Positions 1 to 13,391 of a stretch of DNA of 64,000 bases are shown here, one piece after another. The translations under genes were made by a program, and so were the position numbers. Position 1 is the first letter of the stretch. Every line of letters starts with the position of its first letter. The stretch is from Octopus sinensis (taxonomy: Eukaryota). Location: contig NC_043004.1 of assembly GCF_006345805.1 (NCBI RefSeq), positions 104,594,001-104,658,000 of the forward strand. Reading direction: 5' to 3'. Below the pieces are notes generated by a model. That model worked only from the letters and a program-made list of their open reading frames with translations, was not told where the DNA came from and searched no databases.

Positions 1-437
1 TGGTCCTAGCTCCTAGCAAACAGTTCCCCAGTTGGGACATTTTTCATATTTGATTTTTTATTGAATATAAATGATGATTTCTTCTCAGCTAGTGATTCAC
101 GAAGCTACTTTACATTCCATGTGGAAGGGCGGGCCGCCACAAACTCAGTGTCCACTTAAGTATACAAACACACATGCCATCACACACACACACACAGATA
201 CTAAACGCACGTATAAACGCATACTCATGCTTCCTGACATAGACAAGTCCACATCCTGAGACACACCTGCACATGCAAACACACACACATTCACTGAGAC
301 TGGTACTGACTCTGATAAGTACATACACACATGCATTCAAGCCCGTATATAAACACACACACACACATACAGAGTCACTCATACTGAAACACATAGGCGC
401 ACGCACACACACACACACTCACTCAGAAACCCTCACG

Positions 438-478
<41 letters not shown>

Positions 479-1080
479 ACTCAGTCACTTACAAACAAAT
501 AGACACACATATACAAAGACACGCAATCACTCACTCAGAAACAAACGAACACACACACACATACATACATACACACACACACATGCACGCACGCATACAC
601 ACACAGTCACTCAAAAACATGGATATACATACACACTCACAAAGACACGAACACAAAGGCACAATACAACTCCAAAACACACACCCACCCACCACCAACA
701 AAGAATATATAAAACAAAATATGATGACCTTAGCAGCTGGTCAATATGACACCGCTTCAACCCCCTTTAGCCTTAGAAACAATAAGGCTGAAATAGTAAC
801 AAATAAATAAACACTACATTAGAGTATTAAACATGAATACAAGTCAAAGTTTACAGGTTTTTTCTTCAAAACATTAGGCTGGTCAGCATGTGGTCAAGTT
901 AAATGGCTACGATTAATGGGGCAGCGGTATTAACCGGGATTAAATTTCAACGAAAAACAAAAGAGGAAATTCTTTAGTTTGTAGGGTTCAAAGACATTCG
1001 AAGCCAGGCGCAGGCAAAGCTCTGCTGTTAAGAAGATTATTTCGTCATTTTCTATATTGGCTTCGAGCCGACCAGCACAA

Positions 1081-1314
1081 GGCGGTGGTGAGCTGGCAGA
1101 AACGTTAGCACGCCGGGCGAAATGCGTAGCTGTATTTCGTCTGCCGTTACGTTCTGAGTTCAAATTCCGCCGAGGTCGACTTTGCCTTTCATCCTTTCGG
1201 GGTCGATAAATTAAGTACCAGTTACGCACTGGGGTCGATGTAATCGACTTAATCCGTTTGTCTGTCCTTGTTTGTCCCCTCTGTGTTTAGCCCCTTGTGG
1301 GTAGTAAAGAAATA
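1081..1314 (+). mobile_element. tRNA-derived SINE, family A (octopus OK-like; Meta/MESC-like core), near full length
   Basis: GGCGG..GAGCTGGCAGAA head, B-box GAGTTCAAATTCC, core CCTTTCATCCTTTCGGGGTCGATAAATTAAGTACCAG. Further copies at about 8676-8905(-), 12290-12600(-), 17335-17530(+), 24985-25120(-), 38943-39300(+), 46655-46847(-), 46876-47106(+), 56510-56690(-), 57325-57470(+). The family name is from memory. Confidence 0.85.
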
Positions 1315-1837
1315 AGTACTTTGTGAGTGGGGGTTGGGTTGACAAAAGCAAAGTGGAAATCTGCCAGGCTTTGTGGTTAAGAAGCTCGCTTTGCAACTAC
1401 AGGCTTTCGGTTTCGGTTCCACTGCACAGTACCTTGGGGAGGTGTCTGCTATAGGCCCAGACTAATCAATGCCTTATGAGTAAATTTGAAAAAAGGAAAT
1501 TGTAGGGAACCCGTCAAGTATCTTCTACTATAGCCTCAGACCGACCAAAGCCTTGTGAGGGGATTTAGTAAACGGAAACTGAAAGAAGCCTCTGTGAGTG
1601 TGTGTGTGTGCATATTTGTGTTTGTCCCTCCCCTTCACCGCTTGGCAACCAGTAACGTTGCCGTAACTTAGCGGTTTGGCAAAAGAGACCGATAGGACAA
1701 GTACTAAGCTTTAAAATAAGCCATGGGGTCGATTTGTTCGGCTAAAACCTACAAAACAGTGCTTCAGCATGGCCGCAGTGAAATGGCTGGAGCAAAAGAA
1801 AGAATATTATACATACATACATATATATTATATATGC

Positions 1838-1928
<91 letters not shown>

Positions 1929-2112
1929 TGTATGTATGCATATATTTTATTTATTACACTATTGTATGACTGAGCGCCTTCGCGTCGATTCGATTCGTTT
2001 CGTTTCGTTTCGTTTCGTTTCTTCTTCTTCTCTAAGCTGGTTTTTATATATAATTATGACGCGAAACTCCATAACTCCTTCTTCTCTCTTTCTTTCACCC
2101 TCTTTTGCTTCC

Positions 2113-2183
<71 letters not shown>

Positions 2184-2521
2184 TTCTCATCTCTCACAGC
2201 CGGGTCTACGAACTTTCTTTCGCAGGAAGGATTAGTTCGACGAGACGTGTTCTGTCCTCACCTTCGAAACACGCTGGAGTTGAACTAGGGACGGCTGATG
2301 AAGGGGATTTTTCCTTGTGTAGTTGTCTTGTACTCTGTTTTTTCGTTGTTAAAGGAATGGTCCGTTCCATGCTGTTTTTACGTTTTCGTTTCTCGTTAAG
2401 TTCTACGTCTATTTGTGGTGTCCTGTACACACGTATATATATTTATATATGCATGTATATATACATATAGATGTAGGTACGTACATATATGTTTGTATGT
2501 ATGCATATATTTTATTTATTA

Positions 2522-2574
<53 letters not shown>

Positions 2575-2949
2575 TATGTATGTATGTATATATTAGACCC
2601 CCTTCGGTCACGACACTGACAATGGGATTGCACCTAGAAAATTACCCTCCCAGGCACAAGTCCGAGCAAGGTTATGGAAGACCGGCAGTCGCCCATGCAT
2701 ACCGGCCTCCCTTCTCCACGCCCCCAGTGTTATCCAAGGGAAAGGCAAAGGGGCCGATACAGTCTGGCACCTGTGACGTCGCAACTCATTTCTACAGCTG
2801 AGTGAACTGGAGCAACGTGAAATAAAGTGTCTTGCTCAAGAACACAACACGCAGCCTGGTCCGGGATTCGAGCTTACAACCTCGCGATCGTAAGCTCGAC
2901 GCTCTAACCACTGAGCCATGCGCCTTCACACACACACATATATGTATGC

Positions 2950-3047
<98 letters not shown>

Positions 3048-3699
3048 ATGTATGTAAGTATAATATTCTTGACGGGCACACTTGATGGGCTACTTACATA
3101 GATATGTGTGGATGCGTGTGTGTGTGTGTGTATGTATATATATATGCGTATGTGTCTCTTTGTGTTTGTGCATGTCAACCCACTGCTTGACAACTGGTGT
3201 TGCTTTGTTTACGTCATAGTAACTAGCACTTTCAGCAAAAGACACCGTTAGAATAAGTACCAGACTTTTAAAAAAAAACATGCGCGCTAGGATCGATTGG
3301 TTTGGCTAAACCGTTGAAGGCCGTGCCCCAGCAAGGCCACAGTTCAATGACTGAAATAAACCCCCGACAGAGGTTTAAAGTTTGGTGATTTTTATCCAAT
3401 TAGAAAGAAGGATTTGGAAACAGGGATTTTGTGCGTGATGCCTGTCTATGACCACATTAGACAAAACATCACGACAACAGAAGTTTTAATAAGTTTCAAA
3501 GAATGAAGTCGTGTGAAATGTTGGAACAGGCAGTTAAACAATATACAAAGGAAAAACCCTCAATGAATTTGTTTTTGCGAAAAATTACAAAGACAAATAA
3601 CTGAATGTTGAATTTACAAACAAAAAGAACTCTAGCTTGCTTCATGTAAACAATACGTTTTTTGTAGCAAAAATTCAAAAAGCGAAAGTTTTAGATGCT

Positions 3700-4240
3700 C
3701 ATTAAAAGCTTGTCAAACAAATTATAGTTTTCGTATCTCCTGCGCCACATAAACTCGCAGAGATACGAACGGTGGGTTCCACAGCGTCGTTTATTTCTTC
3801 CTTTTACTCAGACCCATGCGCTTGCCACTTGTTACGTGTGGGTACCATCTTTCGAATTAATAAAATCAACAATGTAGTTCACTTTTATGTAGAATAGGCT
3901 CTCCACAAGTCACTGGAAATTGAGGTTTCTGGAAGAACCGACTGACGTATGCATTCCTCCAGTGTGTTGCGATTCCAACATGGCAGCGCATAAAGAAAAA
4001 CATGTTTGGTCTCGCGACATACTCCTTCAAAAACTCACTGCTCATGTAGCACCCTTCCTTGGTTGTGTTTACGTCTTGAGAAGACTGTTTCCGCCGTCTC
4101 AACAATCTTCCCAGGACCGCCACTCTGAACTGGGTTGTGGAGCAGGTCCTCTTCACATATTTCATGAACATAGCTGTCGTAATCAACGGCTGTGCAGTGG
4201 CCCATCCCCAGTTCTTCAACACAAAACCGGGCTGAAGTTA
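3700..4240 (-). mobile_element. Merlin (IS1595/ISXO2-like) DNA transposase remnant, pseudogenised
   Basis: Minus-strand translation: EELGMGHCTAVDYDSYVHEICEEDLLHNPVQSGGPGKIVETAETVFSRRKHNQGRVLHEQ*VFEGVCRETKHVFLYALPCWNRNTLEECIRQSVLPETSISSDLWRAY. Downstream, after stops and frame changes, come FINSKDGTHT and SYLCEFMWRRRY. These match Merlin motifs GGPGKIVEIDES, SDxWRAY, GxHTQ and YLxEFMWR. Confidence 0.85.
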
Positions 4241-4514
4241 GTCCTTTAACCCATAAATGAAGGAAAAGCAGTACAATCCTAAGAACAAACTGTACCTTGG
4301 GTTTGGGTTGTAACCATGGAAATCGGTACCAATGTCTGTGGCTTTCAATTGGCTAAAATTTTCAGGCTTTAAAAGCTATCAATTCATGGCAATTCATGGC
4401 ATTTTCATAATTAGCGTACAAATCAACATCAATACACCAAATTTGAAAACAACTGGAACAAAATTAGATGAATTGAAAATTGAGAGCGAAACAGAAAAGA
4501 TCCGAAGCTTTCGC

Positions 4515-4574
<60 letters not shown>

Positions 4575-5277
4575 GTGTGTGTGGTGTCTGTGTGTAGTGT
4601 GTGTGTGCACAGGCCACTTACAGGCCGAATTCTATCTAATATATATAAATTCACATGAAAAAAATATAATTTCATTTTAATACTATAAGTAATTGTTAAA
4701 GGAAATTACACAAGTAATATAAAGTCTTTTGTTAACTTACAATACATGACTTGTTTACAATAACACAAGTTATGTAATGGTACAAAATGTATGAGAAAAA
4801 CAAAAATCACGTTTTATTCAATAAAAATGATTTATTTGATGAAGCGTTTCAGTTGTGTGCTGTGCGTGTGTGTGTATGTGTTTGTGAGTGTGTGAATGTG
4901 TGTGCGCGTACGTGAGTGTGTGTGAGTGTGTGAGTGTGTGTGTGTGTATGTGTGCGTGCGTGTATGATTGTGAGTGTGTGTGAATGTGTGTGTGCGCGTG
5001 TGTGTGTATGCATGTGTGTGTATGTGTGCGTGTGTGTGAGTGTGTGTGTGCGTATGCATGCGCGTGTGAGTGAGTGTGTGTGCGAGTGCGTGTGTGTGCG
5101 CGTGTGCGTACGCGTGTGTTGTAACTTCTTTCTTTGTGATTTTTCTGCTTCTATTTCTTTTTTTCTATTAAAGGTCACGCTGCAGAGCGCGTGTCAGAGC
5201 TCATAAACCAAAACCAGAGAGGTTGTTGATGTTTAGTCCATGTTCAACCTTAATCGATAAGATCTATAAAGTTAAGA

Positions 5278-5699
5278 CAGTGCTGGACTGACCATTAAGC
5301 AAAACAAGCACGTGCTTAGAGCACCGAGGGAAGGGAGAGGGCACCACAGAAACTGTAAATGGTTTACGGTACAAAAGAAATCACTTTAAAATTACTAAAA
5401 TAATATTCAAATTGATTTATATGATCTGAAATAAAATTTCGAAGTGTTCATGGGTTCATGATGAGGATCTGATCAAAGACTTTGCAACTAAAAAAAAAAA
5501 AAAAGTAGGAGAAGTATAAATAAAGTGGGAGTATACAAAAACAAACATTATTTTCCATTTTACTATTAGTTTCGTTTCATTTTCAAATATAAATATTTAT
5601 TTTATGGTTTATTATTGTTCATATTTCGAATTACATGCATATGGGGACGCCAAAATCTTTTAAGTACCTAGGGCCTCTATGGGCCTTAATACGGCCCTG
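5278..5699. mobile_element. hAT-like MITE (422 bp)
   Basis: Imperfect TIRs CAGTGCTGGACTGA / (rc) CAGGGCCGTATTAA; 8-bp TSD AGTTAAGA / ATTTAAGA (7/8). Confidence 0.65.
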
Positions 5700-6089
5700 A
5701 TTTAAGAGCATTCAAGCCATGTCTAAGGACACTTAAGCCACCCTGTCCCTTTCAACCATACTCTTCCCCAGTGACGTAGCTAGAGTGTGGGCCGCGCTTC
5801 AGTTTGCCGCACTACCTCTTGCGCCCCAATCCAGAGCGTATACAAGCATATACAGCAGACCCTAAAGTGCCTCCCCGATAAATGCATCGCCCGGGTTGCA
5901 TTGCCCCGGTCGCCCTCGTGTAGCTTTGATCGGACTCTTCCCATCAACTATACTCCGAACTATATAATCCACGCGTCACAGCCACGAAATCACCTGCCGT
6001 AATAGAATGAGTTTTTGGAGGATTGCACGAAATATTTTTAGAGATAAATATCATTCTCTGCTGTTATGCATACTTAGAATTTTTTTTTT

Positions 6090-6352
6090 TATCTAGTTTC
6101 AGCTCACAAGCTGTGGTCATGCTGGGGCACCGCCATTTGGTGTTGCTACATGATTTTACTTAACGAATGCTTTTTAGCAATTGTCATTTGGTGCATGAGA
6201 GAGTTCGATGCAGCTGCCCTCATCTGCACCTCCTGCCGTGAAGTTGGTTCATCTGGGACACCTGACAAGAAGAGATCCAGTTTTATTTTAAAGACATCTG
6301 CATCCACCCCATGCAGGTCTCTTAGGTTCTTCGGGAGGATATTGAAGAGCAT
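6090..6352 (-). mobile_element. 3' end of a CR1/L2-group-like LINE (ORF2 C-terminus, 3'UTR and A-tail)
   Basis: ORF 6146-6352 LFNILPKNLRDLHGVDADVFKIKLDLFLSGVPDEP...RAAASNSL is a typical ORF2 C-terminus. It is followed by a short 3'UTR and a poly-A (T-run at ~6080-6090 on +). Confidence 0.75.
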
Positions 6353-6356
6353 ACAC

Positions 6357-6569
6357 TTTTACTCGTTTACTCTTTTACTTGTTTCAGTCATTTGACCGTG
6401 GCTATGCTGGAGCACCGCCTTTAGTCGGGCAAATCGACCCCCAGGACTTATTCTTTGTAAGCCTAGTACTTACTCTATCGGTCTTTTGCCAAACCGCTAA
6501 GTTACGGGGACGTAAACACAGCAGCATCGGTTGTCAAACGATGTTGGGGGAACAAACACAGACACATAA

Positions 6570-6605
<36 letters not shown>

Positions 6606-6606
6606 A

Positions 6607-6655
<49 letters not shown>

Positions 6656-6810
6656 CACACAAACATATATACGACGGGCTTCTTTCAGTTTCCTTCTACC
6701 AAATCCACTCACAAGGCTTTGGTCGGCCCAAGGTGCCACGCAGTGGGACTGAACCCAGAATCATGTGGTTGGTAAGCAAGCTACTTACCACACAGCCACT
6801 CCTACGCCTT
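6357..6810 (-). mobile_element. SINE family B (octopus OR-like) with internal (TA)n(TG)n tract
   Basis: Reverse complement of the full-length copy at 53978-54422; internal (CA)n/(TA)n at ~6555-6670. Confidence 0.8.
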
Positions 6811-7405
6811 TTATGTTATCTATATACCTTCTTTTTATGTTGATGTTTTTTTACTGTTATTGTTCGTGTGGTAAGAAGTTCATTTCTCAGTCACATGGTT
6901 TCAAGTTTAGTCACGTTGCGTCATACCTTGGGCAACTGTCATCTACCATAGTCCCGGGCCGACCAAAGCCTTCTCAATATATCTGTTTGATGGAAACTGA
7001 AAGAAGCCCATCGTACATGTATATATGTATATGTACTGGGGAGGACCCAAGGGGGTGACTGAGAGGCACGTGTCCCCTCAAGAAAAGAAGTGCGCCTTTC
7101 TAAATAATGTTATTAGTCCTTTTTTTCAGGAATTGTATTCCCTTCTGACCTTGTGCCCTTCCTTCGAAAATTTCTTGCGATCGCGCCTAATGTGCATGTC
7201 TGTGTCTCTTTGTGCCTGTATTTGCTGCCCCCACTACCGCTTGACAACCGGCGTTGGTGTGTTTATGTCCCTGTAACCTAACGGTTCAGTAAAAGAGACT
7301 GATAGAATACGAACCAGGCTGAACAAAAATAAGTACTCGGGTCGATTCATTCGACGATAAAATTCTTCAAGGCAGTGCCCCAGTATGAAACGAGTAAAAT
7401 ATATA

Positions 7406-7443
<38 letters not shown>

Positions 7444-8539
7444 TGTTATTGCATTTGAGTCTGTCCCCACCACCATTGCTTGACAACTGGTGCTGGTTTA
7501 TTTACGTCCCTATAAACTAGCGGTTCGGCAAAATACACGTGGCGTAATAAAAAAAAATTATAGTAATAAAAGAAAGAAAAAAGCACTAGCGACGATTTGT
7601 TTGACAAGGCGGTTCTCCAGCATGGCCGCAGTCCAATGAGTGAAACAAGCATAAGGTAACAAATAACAGATTGTAATTATTATAATTATTCAAATAACAG
7701 AATATACTTAAGCTAAAAATAAAGACGGTCAGAATTGACTGCTATTTCTAGCAGGTCAACAACCACGTAAAGAGCCTCTTTCATTGATCTGTGTGTTTCT
7801 TCTGACTGCTGTTGCAATTGATGGCGGCGGCGGCGTCGGTGTTTGTCTTTGTATCTAGTGAGGTGGATGATAGCAGTTCAAAGACTATGTACACAGTTAT
7901 ATAATTATGTATATAAGTACATCTTACTTGTGAGTTGATCTATTTAGAGATCTTAACACAACTGTTTCAGTTGTATTAAATTTGTCTTGGTGGAACGTGT
8001 TTGTGTGTGTCCGTCCACGTATGTATTAATCTACACACGCGTTACATCAGCATACGTGTTGGTACGTGTGCATTCTGTTATATTGCTTTGTCAAGAGATA
8101 CGACCACTGTTCCACGGTCCTTTTCAAGGCCTCTACGACTGGGGGTGAGGGTGGGTGGGAGGAAGGCATTCACAGACCGAAGACCCGACCCGAACGCAGA
8201 CAAAAGAGGGATTTCACTAAATGCACTCAAGGACCAGTTGGTGATGTTAAATAAGGTTGACCCTGATGTTGGCTGTGTGACCCCGATGTTGGTGTGTTTA
8301 CATCCTCTTAACCTAGCAGTTCGGCGGACCGATAGAATAAGTACCAAGTTTTTTAAAAAAAAGATTAATACGTAGGCGTAGGAGTGGCTGTGTGGTAAGT
8401 AGCTTGCTTACCAACCACATGGTTCCGGATTCTGTCCCACAACGTGGCACCTTGGACAAGTGTCTTCTACTATAGCCTCGGGCCGACCAAAGGCTTATGA
8501 GTGGATTTGGTAGACGGAAACTGAAAGAAGCCCGTCGTA

Positions 8540-8632
<93 letters not shown>

Positions 8633-9203
8633 TTGTGTGTCTGTGTTTGTCTCCCCAACATCGATTGACAACCTATTTCTTTATTACCCACAAGGGGCTA
8701 AACACAGAGGGGACAAACAAGGACAGACATAGGTATTAAGTCGATTACATCGACCCCAGTGCGTAACTGGTACTTATTTAATCGACCCCGAAGGGATGAA
8801 ATGCAAAGTCGACCTCGGCGGAATTTGAACTCAGAACGTAGCGGCAGACGAAATACCGTCCAACATTTCGCCCGGCGTGCAAACAGTTCTGCCAGCTCAC
8901 CGCCTTCGGTGAAATAGAGATTGCGTGGATCCAATGAATCAGTTTGCTGAAGGTTGCGTCTACCGCATACCAAACTCAGAGGGACTGAATCCAGAACCAT
9001 GTTGTTGGAAAGCAAGCTGGATCTTACCGCACTACTCCTGAACTGCACATAACGTAAACGTTAACGCTCGCATCAGTCAGGAATCGAACTTGGATCGACT
9101 GCTCGGAAGTCAAACTTGTAAAATACTTATACACACGCGCGCGCACGCTCACACCGACGCTATGTGCTGTTGCCTTTCGTGTGATTTTTCTTTTACGCAC
9201 ACT

Positions 9204-9283
<80 letters not shown>

Positions 9284-9913
9284 TGTTTGTGTGTGTGTGT
9301 TTGTGTTTGTGTGTGTGTGTGTTTGTGCGTGTGTGTGTGTGTGTGTACGTTTGTGTGTGTGTGTGTGTGTGTAAAGAAAAATAACCGACAGAGTGAACTT
9401 CGTTAAGCAGTGAAGCGTGACGTCCGTAAACAGCACAATTTTCCCCTTTTTTTTATGTTTGTTCTGCCTCGAGTAGATTTTGTTGTTGTTGTTAATGGAG
9501 AGAGGAACAAGTCTGGGCAAGTCGTGGTTGTTTGTCTTCCTCTGCTGCTGAAACGACGGACAATCACCGAACCTTTGACCCATCAATCAATACCGCTACG
9601 GACACCACGTGGCATCTCAAGATTCTTTGTGGTTGCCCGAGCAGCTGCTAGAAAAAACAGCCAAATCTCTCTCATATCACTGCTTATAATCTTTTATCCT
9701 TTCCTTGTTTCAGTCATTAGACAGCGGCCATGATGGGGCAACGCCTTGAAGAATTTTAGGCGAAAAGATCGACCCCAGTACTCATTTTTTTTAAAGCCTG
9801 GTACTCATTCCATCAGTCTCTTATGCCGAACCGCTAATGTATGGGGACATAAGCACACCAACAGCGGTTGTCAAGCAGTGTGTGGGGCAGAGACACAAAA
9901 ACACATACACACG

Positions 9914-9948
<35 letters not shown>

Positions 9949-10043
9949 AGAGAGGACGGGCTTCTTTTAGTTTCTGTCTGCCAAACCCACTCACAAAGCT
10001 TCGGTCGACCCTAGGCTATAGTAACGCTTAATCCAGGTGTCAG

Positions 10044-11225
10044 GTGCTTAATCTTGGTTTTCTTCATCGCACGAGGAGACTACTAAACTATTTATTGACT
10101 CCCTCCCCCACAATCGCGGTTCCTCCTTCATCCGTGTGGTGCTCCTTTGGAACCCCAATTACCGACCTAGCTTTCGACCCCATCTTTAGATCCAAAATGG
10201 CTAACCTCGAACAACTTTTTAAAAAACCTTGAAGTAATTGAGCCCCGCCAAGGTTTTTTATACTTAGGAATTACTTTTCAATTCCTAGACTGTCGTATTT
10301 TCCGAGAATTAGTCCCTCTTACAGATTATTGTCGTCCCTCCAATACTTTGACGACCTAATCTTCAGGAAACTCGAATGTAAAGCTCTTCCCAGACTGCTT
10401 TGCCAAAACGGTTTGGCGGTCTAGTTAAGCGCAAGTACTCGTCTATATCACTTTCTTGTTTTCTTTCCTCCATCTACGCTTGCTCCTTTTTGGTAGTCAA
10501 CATCCTCTCCTCTCCAACATGGACTGATTCCAACAGGGAGATGGATGAAGCTCTATCATAGTGGCGAGAGCTGGGTTTGTCAGTTCCGGTTACAGTGGAG
10601 GACAGACGGAAACAGAGAGTATGAAACAATCTGCGTTTAGATGCTACTTTCAACTCTGATCAATTTTCAAGGTGCCGCCTACTTTTTGCAAGTGCAAAAT
10701 TCTCGGGGACTGGATTAATGCCCTGCCTGTGGCCAACATTGGAGGTCTGCTCAGTCTAAATGAACTCCGCGTCTCCATAGCACTCAGAGAGGGGACTGAC
10801 GTCTGTAGGGGTCTGAGATACCACTGTGGTAAGCCCTCGACCCCACAGATCTTTACGGTCTGCCTTGCCGCCTAAGTGCCGATGGTTTCGCTCGTCACAC
10901 CGAGCTAAATCTAATCATTAAATGGGCCATGGTTCGGATTAATACCCCCTGGGTTCTGGAGCCGTCGAGGTTATTCAGAAGTGATGGAAAGAGACCACAT
11001 GGTCTCACCTTCTGTCCCTGTGTTAGAGGTAGGTGCCTCATTTGGGACACCACTGTCTGCAAATCCTTTGCTCCTTCCCACATCCTGGATGTTGCAGTTA
11101 ATGGGAGGATCACTGCTTCCGAAGCCGAAGAAAACGCTGAAGTACCGGGACCTGACAGCGAACTATCTCTTCCAAACGGTGGCGCTTAAGACGTTCAGAG
11201 GCATTAGTTCTTGTCAACGTCTGTG
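10044..11225 (+). mobile_element. CRE-clade (restriction-like endonuclease) non-LTR retrotransposon remnant
   Basis: Fragmented frames give LLNYLLTPSP, ALPKRFGGL, GDWINALPVANIGGLLSLNELRVSIALR, ARHTELNLIIKWA and EPSRLFRSDGKRPHGLTFCPCVRGRCLIWDTTV. These match the RT thumb, CCHC region and RLE (DGKRPDG...WDxT) of CRE elements. Confidence 0.8.
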
Positions 11226-11864
11226 ATGTCCAACACCATTACGGTGACGTCATCTCTAGCATACCCTGATGTCCGATACCATTACGGTCATCTCTAGCAT
11301 ACCCGCTTATAAATTGAAGTATTTGGCTCCAGATCACATGACACTATCCACTTTGGAATCGAAACTACGACCTCACGATCCTGAGTCCTGATCCCCTAAC
11401 CACTAGATCATGCGTCATTATTAGTCCGATATACACTGAAACATCGTTGCTTCCAGATCTGCTCTGCCAAGCCTAGCTATCAATAACAGTAACATATTGT
11501 TACCATCAATAACAGTTTCCCACAGTATCGCCGCTGCCGCTGCCGCTGCAAACAAATGAAGGAGCGAGTATGAGGTCGCCTGAAATAGTAGAAATAGTAG
11601 CTAAGCAAGCTCTCATAAAATCGCACCCTACCGTCAAACGATACGCGCAAAGAAAGGATTGCCAAGGTTGTACGTCTATGAATCATAGGTCTGTTTGAGG
11701 AGGGTTGGTTTACGGTTAAAGTAATAATAACAAGAGTAAACCCCGGGAAGAGGAAAAGTCAAATCAACTCCTGTGAAATTTGAGCTTCAGTTACAGAGTA
11801 ATCAAGCGAAATAACAATCTGACGTTGAACCGTTCATCGTTACCATTAGTTAGTAATTTGTGAA

Positions 11865-12188
11865 GGCGCGTGGCTCAGTGGTTAGGGGCATTCGGCTCAT
11901 GATCGTAAGGTCGTGAGTTCAATTCCCGGCGACGCGTTGTATCCTTGAGCAAGACACTTTATTTCACGTTGCTCCAGTCCACTCAGCTGGCAAAAATGAG
12001 TTGCACCTGTATTTCAAAGGGCCAGCCTTGTCACACACTGTGTCACGCTGAAACTCCCCGAGAACAACGTTAAGGGTATGCAGCATGTCTGTGGAGTACT
12101 CAGCCACTTACAGGTTAATTTTACGAGCAAGCTGTTCCGCTGTTCGGATCAACTGGGACCCTCGTTGTCGCAACCGACGGAGTGCTCC
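11865..12188 (+). mobile_element. tRNA-derived SINE, family C, full length
   Basis: A-box TGGCTCAGTGG (11871-11881), B-box GTTCAATTCC (11917-11926), then TCCTTGAGCAAGACACTT core. Related heads/bodies on - at ~2790-2927, 21195-21430 and 58210-58385. Confidence 0.8.
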
Positions 12189-12757
12189 TATTTAGTAATT
12201 TATCTTTGAACCACAGGGAGAGATATTAATGACAATAATAATCCTTTATACAATTGGCACAAAGCATGGGATTTGTAGGGAGAGGTAGAGTCGATGACAT
12301 TGACACCAGTACTTGACTGGTACTTAATTTATCGACCCCGAAAGGATGAAAAGCAAATTCAACCACAGCGAAATTTGAACTCAGAACATGAAGACGGACG
12401 AAATACCGCTAAGTATGTTGCCGCTAAGCCTTTCATCCGGCGCAGAAACGCCTTAATAATCCTTTCAACTCAAATGCTCAAGAGGTACTTATTTTATCCA
12501 TTCTGAAAAGATAAAAGGCAAGGGCGACCTCGGCGGAATTTGAACTCAGAACGGCAGTTCGTCCGACATGCTAACGATCCTGCTCGCTTGCCGCCTCGGC
12601 CGCTTTAACTAATCATGATAACAATAATAACTATGTTTACTGCTTATCAAGCGGGACGGACATGTCTGGACATGATCACTGCTATTTAAGTAAATGATCA
12701 ATCAACGGCGTTTAACTTTTGACCTCTCTGGCCACTAATTCAGCAGCTGCTGTTACC

Positions 12758-12803
12758 ATTGCAACCACCACCACCACCACCACCACCACTACTACTGCTG
12801 CTG

Positions 12804-12839
<36 letters not shown>

Positions 12840-12875
12840 TTACTACCACCAGCACCACCACCACAACCACCACCG

Positions 12876-12931
<56 letters not shown>

Positions 12932-12961
12932 ACTACTACTGCTGCTGCTACTACTGCTACA

Positions 12962-13041
<80 letters not shown>
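12758..13041. repeat. Compound trinucleotide microsatellite (CCA/CTA/CTG)n
   Basis: Directly visible; a similar (CTA/CCA)n tract lies at ~23875-24053. Confidence 0.95.
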
Positions 13042-13350
13042 GTTGTTTAGCTCCAAGTCAACACTTAATGGAGCAGACCTAATGATCATCGGCATTCCAG
13101 CAATGACCATCTCGCCATTTTTCTCCTATGTGCTAGACCACATTATCGAAAATGTGATTTGTATTTTTTTTTTTTAATGAAGAGGTCAGATGTCAGAGTA
13201 TCTATTTCTGGAAGTTCTTTCCTTGTTGACTTGACTCGATCACCAATGTCTATGTAGTGTGTATGTGTGCGTGATTGATATATTGGTTGACGCAAGACTA
13301 GCGTGTGTGTATGTATGTGTGTGTGCGCGCACGCGAGCGCTTTTGTGCGT

Positions 13351-13391
<41 letters not shown>

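Noticed and set aside
2240-2330. CTGATGA (2295-2301) near CGAAAC (2265-2270) as a type II hammerhead
   Set aside because: Stem I cannot form and stem III is not supported.
11865-11935. tRNA gene
   Set aside because: It has A/B boxes but no closed cloverleaf acceptor stem and continues into a SINE body present in several copies.
12712-13177. Mucin-like poly-Thr/poly-Ala ORF (152 aa)
   Set aside because: A compound trinucleotide repeat open in several frames, with no splice or promoter context.
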